Of a DNA stretch of 64,000 nucleotides, positions 62,401-64,000 are shown one piece after another (position 1 is the stretch's first letter; every line of letters begins with the position of its first letter). The notes below the pieces were generated by a model that ran no database searches, had not been told where the DNA came from, and was given only the letters and a program-made list of their open reading frames with translations. The DNA lies in assembly GCA_964016885.1 (NCBI GenBank), contig OZ024741.1, forward strand, positions 183,458,001 through 183,522,000, written 5' to 3'. The stretch comes from Eledone cirrhosa. Its lineage: Eukaryota. The position numbers were made by a program, and so were the translations under genes.

Positions 62401-63998
62401 GGTGTTGATGGTGGTGTTGTTGGTGTTGATGGTGGTATTGTTGGTGTTGATGGTGGCGTTGTTGGTGTTAATGGTGGTGTCGTTGGTGTTGATGGTGGTG
62501 GTGTTGGTGTTGATGGTGGTGTTGTTGGTGTTGATGGTGGTGTTGTTGGTGTTGATGGTGGTGTTGTTGGTGTTGATGGTGGTGTTGTTGGTGTTGATGG
62601 TGGTGTTGTTGGTATTGATGGTGGCGTTGTTGGTGTTGATGGTGGTGTTGTTGGTGTTGATGGTGGCGTTGTTGGTGTTGATGGTGGTGTTGTTGGTGTT
62701 GATGGTGGTGTTGTTGGTGTTGATGGTGGTGTTGTTGGTATTGATGGTGGTGTTGTTGGTGTTGATGGTGGTGTTGTTGGTGTTGATGGTGGTGTTGTTG
62801 GTGTTGATGGTGGCGTTGTTGGTGTTGATGGTGGTGTTGTTGGTGTTGATGGTGGTGTTGTTGGTATTGATGGTGGTGTTGTTGGTGTTGATGGTGGTGT
62901 TGTTGGTGTTGATGGTGGTGTTGTTGGTGTTGATGAAGGTGTTGTTGGTGTTGATGGTGGCGTTGTTGGTGTTGATGGTGGTGTTGTTGGTGTTGATGGT
63001 GGTGTTGTTGGTGTTGATGGTGGCGTTGTTGGTGTTGATAGTGGCGTCGTTGGTGTTGATGAAGGTGTTGTTGGTGTTGATGGTGGTGTTGTTTGTGTTG
63101 ATGGTGGCGTTGTTGGTGTTGATGGTGGTGTTGTTGGTGTTGATTGTGGCGTTGTTGGTGTTGATGGTGGCGTTGTTGGTGTTGATGGTGGTGTTGTTGG
63201 TGTTGATGGTGGTGTTGTTGGTGTTGATGGTGGCGTTGTTGGTGTTGATGGTGGTGTTGTTGGTGTTGATGGTGGTGTTGTTGGTGTTGATGGTGGTGTT
63301 GTTGGTATTGATGGTGGTGTTGTTGGTGTTGATGGTGGTGTTGTTTGTGTTGATGCTTGTGTTGTCGTTACTGATGGTGGTGTTGTTGGTGTTGATGGTG
63401 GTGTTGTTGGTGTTGATGGTGGTGTCGTTGTTGGTGTTGATGGTGGCGTTGTTGGTGTTGATGCAGGTGTTGTCGGTGTTGATGGTGGTGTTGTTGGTGT
63501 TGATGGTGGTGTTGTTGGTATTGATGGTGGTGTTGTTGGTGTTGATAGTGGTGTTGTTGGTGTTGATGGTGGTGTTATTAGTGTTGATGGTGGTGTTTTT
63601 GGTGTTGATGGTGGCGTTGTTGGTGTTGATGGTGGCGTTGTTGGTGTTGATGGTGGCGTTGTTGGTGTTGATGGTGGCGTTGTTGGTGTTGATGGTGGTG
63701 TTGTTGGTGTTGATGGTGGTGTTGTTGGTGTTGATGGTGGTGTTGTTGGTGTTGATGGTGGTGTTGTTGGTATTGATGGTGGCGTTGTAGGTGTTGATGG
63801 TGGTGTTGTTGGTGTTGATGGTGGTGTTGTTGGTGTTGATGCTGGTGTTGTCGGTGTTGATGGTGGTGTTGTTGGTGTTGATGGTGGCGTTGTTGGTGTT
63901 GATGGTGGCGTTGTTGGTGTTGATGGTGGTGTTGTTGGTGTTGATGGTGGTGTTGTTGGTGTTGATGGTGGTGTTGTTGGTATTGATGGTGGTGTTGT
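50493..63998 (-). CDS. Giant mucin-like Pro/Thr/Ser tandem-repeat coding exon (PTTPPST)n, >=4500 aa, 5' part beyond window
   Basis: The 21-bp unit reverse-complements to CCA ACA ACA CCA CCA TCA ACA. All indels are multiples of 3: the plus-strand track ORFs at 50510, 52304, 52532, 57068, 60593 and 62252 share one frame. I found no stop in this frame until TGA at 50493-50495, after the unique tail STAQASSIPTFQTKPTRITSDNGF. The other two minus frames contain stops (e.g. ~50875, ~52297). The commonest variant, ACA>ACG, is synonymous. Confidence 0.75.
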   Translation of the reverse strand, partial: TTPPSIPTTPPSTPTTPPSTPTTPPSTPTTPPSTPTTPPSTPTTPPSTPTTPASTPTTPPSTPTTPPSTPTTPPSIPTTPPSTPTTPPSTPTTPPSTPTTPPSTPTTPPSTPTTPPSTPTTPPSTPTTPPSTPKTPPSTLITPPSTPTTPLSTPTTPPSIPTTPPSTPTTPPSTPTTPASTPTTPPSTPTTTPPSTPTTPPSTPTTPPSVTTTQASTQTTPPSTPTTPPSIPTTPPSTPTTPPSTPTTPPSTPTTPPSTPTTPPSTPTTPPSTPTTPPSTPTTPQSTPTTPPSTPTTPPSTQTTPPSTPTTPSSTPTTPLSTPTTPPSTPTTPPSTPTTPPSTPTTPPSTPTTPSSTPTTPPSTPTTPPSTPTTPPSIPTTPPSTPTTPPSTPTTPPSTPTTPPSTPTTPPSTPTTPPSIPTTPPSTPTTPPSTPTTPPSTPTTPPSTPTTPPSTPTTPPSIPTTPPSTPTTPPSTPTTPPSTPTTPPSTPTTPPSTPTPPPSTPTTPPLTPTTPPSTPTIPPSTPTTPPSTPTTPPSTPSTPPSTPTTPPSTSTTPPSTQIIPPSTPTTPSSTPTTPPSTPSTPPSTPTTSPSTPTTPPSTPSTPPSTPTTPPSTQTTPPSTQTTPPSTPTTPSSTPTTPPSTPTTPPSTPTTPPSTPSTPPSTPTTPPSTTTTPPSTPTTPPSTQTTPPSTPTTPPSTPTTPPSTPTTPPATPTTPTSTQTTPPSTPTTPPSTPTTPPATPTTPPSTQTTPSSTPTTPPSTPTTPPATPTTPSSTPTTPPSTPTTPPSTPTTPPATPTTQPSTQTTPPSTPTTPPSTPTTPPSTPTTPPSTPTTPPSTPTTPPSTPTTPPSTPTTPPSTLTTPPSTPTTPSSTPTTPPSTPTTPPSTPTTPPSTPSTPPSTPTTPPSTQTTPPSIPTTPPSTPTTPPSTPSTPPSTPTTPPSTPTTPPSTPTTPPSTPTTPPSTPTTPPSTPTASPSTPTTPPSTPTTPPSTPSTPPSTPTTPPSTQITPQSTPTTPSSTPTTPPSTPTTPPSTPTTPPSTPSTPPSTPTIPPSTPTTPPSTPITPPSTPSTPPSTPTTPPSTQTIPPSTPTTPSSTPTTPPSTPSTPPSTPTTSPSTPTTPPSTPSTPPSTPTTPPSTQTTPPSTQTTSPSTPTTPSSTPTTPPSTPTTPPSTPTTPPSTPSTPPSTPTTPPSTPTTPPSTPTTPPSTPTTPPSTQTTPPSTPTTPPSTPTTPPSTPTTPPATPTTPPSTQTTPPSTPTTPPSTPKTPPSTLTTPPSTPTTPPSTPTTPASTPTTPTAPPSTPSTPPSTPTTPPPTPSTPPSTPTTPPSTPTTPASTPTTPPSTPTTPSSTPTTPPSTPTTPPSTPTTPPSTPTTPPSAQTTPPSTPTTPPSTPTTPPSTPTTPPSTPTTPASTPTTPPSTPTTPPSTPTTPPSTPTTPPSTPTTPPSTPTTLPSTPTTPTSTPTTPPSTPTTPPSTPTTPPSTPTTPPSTPTTPPSTPTTPPSTPTTPPSTPTTPASTPTTPPSTPTTPPSIPTTPPSTPTTPPSTPTTPPSTPTTPPSTPTTPPSTPTTPPSTPTTPPSTPTTPPSTPTTPPSTPTTPPSTPTTPPSTPTTPPSTPTTPPSTPTTPPSTPTTPPSIPTTPPSTPTTPPSTPTTPPSTPTTPRSTPTTPPSTPTTPPSTPTTPPSTQTTPPSTPTTPPSTPTTPPSTPTTPPATPTTPPSTQTTPPSTPTTPPSTPKTPPSTLTTPPSTPTTPPSTPTTPASTPTTPTTPPSTPSTPPSTPTTPPPTPSTPPSTPTTPPSTPTTPASTPTTPPSTPTTPSSTPTTPPSTPTTPPSTPTTPPSTPTTPPSAQTTPPSTPTTPPSTPTTPPSTPTTPPSTPTTPASTPTTPPSTPTTPPSTPTTPPSTPTTPPSTPTTPPSTPTTLPSTPTTPTSTPTTPPSTPTTPPSTPTTPPSTPTTPPSTPTTPPSTPTTPPSTPTTPPSTPTTPASTPTTPPSTPTTPPSIPTTPPSTPTTPPSTPTTPPSTPTTPPSTPTTPPSTPTTPPSTPTTPPSTPTTPPSTPTTPPSTPTTPPSTPTTPPSTPTTPPSTPTTPPSTPTTPPSTPTTPPSIPTTPPSTPTTPPSTPTTPPSTPTTPPSTPTTPPSTPTTPPSTPTTPPSTPTTPPSTPTTPPSTPTTPPSTQTTPPSTPTTPSSTPTAPPSTPTTPPSTPTTPPSTPSTPPSTPTIPPSTPTTPPSTPTTPPSTPSTPPSTPTTPPSTQIIPPSTPTTPSSTPTTPPSTPSTPPSTPTTSPSTPTTPPSTPSTPPSTPTTPPSTQTTPPSTQTTPPSTPTTPSSTPTTPPSTPTTPPSTPTTPPSTPSTPPSTPTTPPSTPTTPPATPTTPPSTQTTPPSTPTTPPSTPTTPPSTLTTPPSTPTTPSSTPTTPPSTPTTPPSTPTTPPSTPTTPPSTPTTPPSTPSTPPSTPTTPPSTPTTPPSTPTTPPSTPTTPPSTPTTPVSTPTTLTTPPSTPSTPSTPPSTPTTPPPTPSTPPSTPTTPPSIPTTPASTPTTPPSTPTTPSSTPTTPPSTPTTPPSTPTTPPSTPTTPPSTPTTPPSTPTTPPSTPTTPPSTPTTPPSAQTTPPSTPTTPPSTTPPSTPTTPPSTPTTPPSTPTTPPSTPTTPPSTPTTPPSTPTTPPSIPTTPPSTPTTPPSTPTTPPSTPTTPPSTPTTPPSTPTTPPSTPTTPPSTPTTPPSIPTTPPSTPTTPPSTPTTPPSTPTTPPSTPTTPPSTPATPPSTPTTPPSTPTTPPSTPTTPPSTPTTPPSTPTTPPSTPTTPPSTPTTPPSTPTTPPSTPTTPPSTPTTPPSTPTTPPSTPTTLPSTTTTPPSTPTTPPSTPTTPPSTPTTPASTPTTPPSTPLPLSTPTTPPSTQTTPPSTPTTPPSTPTTPPSTLTTPPSTPTTPSSTPTTPPSTPTTPPSTPTTPPSTPTTPPSTPTTPPSTPSTPPSTPTTPPSTPTTPPSTPTTPPSTPTTPPSTPTTPASTPTTPTTPPSTPSTPSTPPSTPTTPPPTPSTPPSTPTTPPSIPTTPASTPTTPPSTPTTPSSTPTTPPSTPTTPPSTPTTPPSTPTTPPSTPTTPPSTPTTPPSTPTTPPSTPTTPPSAQTTPPSTPTTPPSTPTTPPSTPTTPPSTPTTPPSTPTTPPSTPTTPASTPTTPPSTPTTPPSTPTKPPSTPTTPPSTPTTPPSTPTTPPSTPTTPASTPTTPPSTPTTPPSTPTKPPSTPTTPPSTPTTPPSTPTTPPSTPTTPASTPTTPPSTPSTPSTPPSSPTTPPPTPSTPPSTPTTPPSIPTTPASTPTTPPSTPTTPSSTPTTPPSTPTTPPSTPTTPPSTPTTPPSTPTTPPSTPTTPPSTPTTPPSTPTTPPSAQTTPPSTPTTPPSTPTTPPSTPTTPPSTPTTPPSTPTTPPSTPTTPASTPTTPPSTPTTPPSTPTKPPSTPTTPPSTPTTPPSTPTTPPSTPTTPASTPTTPPSTPTTPPSTPTKPPSTPTTPPSTPTTPPSTPTTPPSIPTTPPSTPTTPPSTPTTPPSTPTTPPSTPTTPPSTPTTPPSTPTTPPSTPTTPPSTPTTPPSTPTTPPSTPTTPPSTPTTPPSTPTTPPSTPTTPPSAPTTPPSTPTTPASTPTTPPSTPTTPPSTPTTPPSTPTTPPSTPTTPASTPTTPPSTPTTPPSTPTTPPSTPTTPPSTPTTPPSTPTTPASTPTTPPSTPTTPPSTPTTPPSTPTTPPSTPTTPPSTPTTPPSTPTTPASTPTTPPSTPTTPPSIPTTPPSTPTTPASTPTTPPSTPTTPPSTPTTPAKTPTTPASTPTTPPSTPTTPITPTTPPSTPTTPPSTPTTPPSIPTTPSSTPTTPPSTPTTPPSTPTTPPSTPTTPAKTPTTPASTPTTPPSTPTTPPSTPITPTTPPSTPTTPPSTPTTPPSTPTTPPSTPTTPPSTPTTPITPTTPPSTPTTPPSTPTTPPSTPTTPPSTPTTPPSTPTTPASTPTTPPSTPTTPPSTTTTPPSTPTTPPSTPTTPASTPTTPPSTPTTPPSTTTTPPSTPTTPPSTPTTPPSTPTTPPSTPTTPPSTPTTPPSTPTTPPSKPTTPPSTPTTPPSTPTTPPSTPTTPPSTPTTPPSTPTTPPSTPTTPPSTPTTPPSTPTTPPSTPTTPPSTPTTPPSTPTTPPSTPTTPPSTPTTPPSTPTTPPSTPTTPPSTPTTPPSTPTTPPSTPTTPPSTPTTPPSTPTTPPSTPTTPPSTPTTPPSTPTTPPSTPTTPPSTPTTPPSTPTTPPSTQTTPASTPTTPPSTPLPLSTPTTPPSTPTTPPSTPSTPQSPSTLPTPQPPSTPTPQPPSTPPSIPTTPPSTPATPLSIITTPPSTPTTPPSTPTTPPSTPTTPPSTPTTLPSTPTTPTSTPTTPPSTPTTPPSTPTTPPSTPTTPPSTPTTPPSTPTTPPSTPTTPPSTPTTPPSTPTTPPSTAQASSIPTFQTKPTRITSDNGF

Positions 63999-64000
63999 TG
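50560..64000. repeat. 21-bp tandem repeat array (GGTGTTGATGGTGGTGTTGTT)n with higher-order duplications
   Basis: Directly visible. Diagnostic variants recur at 786 bp (53455/54241; 54016/54802) and 1416 bp (58189/59605) spacing. Confidence 0.97.

Noticed and set aside
50510-63790. Plus-strand poly-(VLMVVLL) ORFs of 512-1511 aa in the track
   Set aside because: Antisense shadow of the 21-bp repeat, interrupted by TAG stops and with an implausible all-hydrophobic composition.
50536-64000. Plus-strand (GVDGGVV)n frame, also open
   Set aside because: It shares third positions with the PTTPPST frame and cannot be fully excluded. However, it is preceded by a stop (~50533), with no in-frame ATG or splice acceptor, and the minus frame gives a typical mucin composition with a proper C-terminal tail.

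Overview
Eukaryotic, AT-rich, microsatellite-saturated DNA. The SINE families and repeat landscape suggest a cephalopod (Octopus-like) genome; this is an inference. Most entries in the ORF track are microsatellite artefacts. Supported content: (1) an apparently intact Tx1-clade L1-like retrotransposon (ORF1 + EN/RT ORF2, ~24.4-30.2 kb) inside a (CTAT)n tract; (2) a decayed R4/Dong-type RLE retrotransposon (11.4-14.7 kb) in a (TAA)n tract; (3) fragments of RTE, CR1/L2, Tx1 and Penelope elements, about 20 copies of a tRNA-derived SINE, and a pogo-like MITE; (4) many short elements, mostly next to (TA)n, arranged as direct tandems, perfect palindromes or inverted pairs, many carrying minimal type I hammerhead ribozyme motifs (Penelope pLTR/retrozyme-like); (5) a >=13.5 kb uninterrupted minus-strand reading frame, missed by the ORF track, encoding ~640 PTTPPST heptads (giant mucin-like exon) that runs off the right edge of the window.
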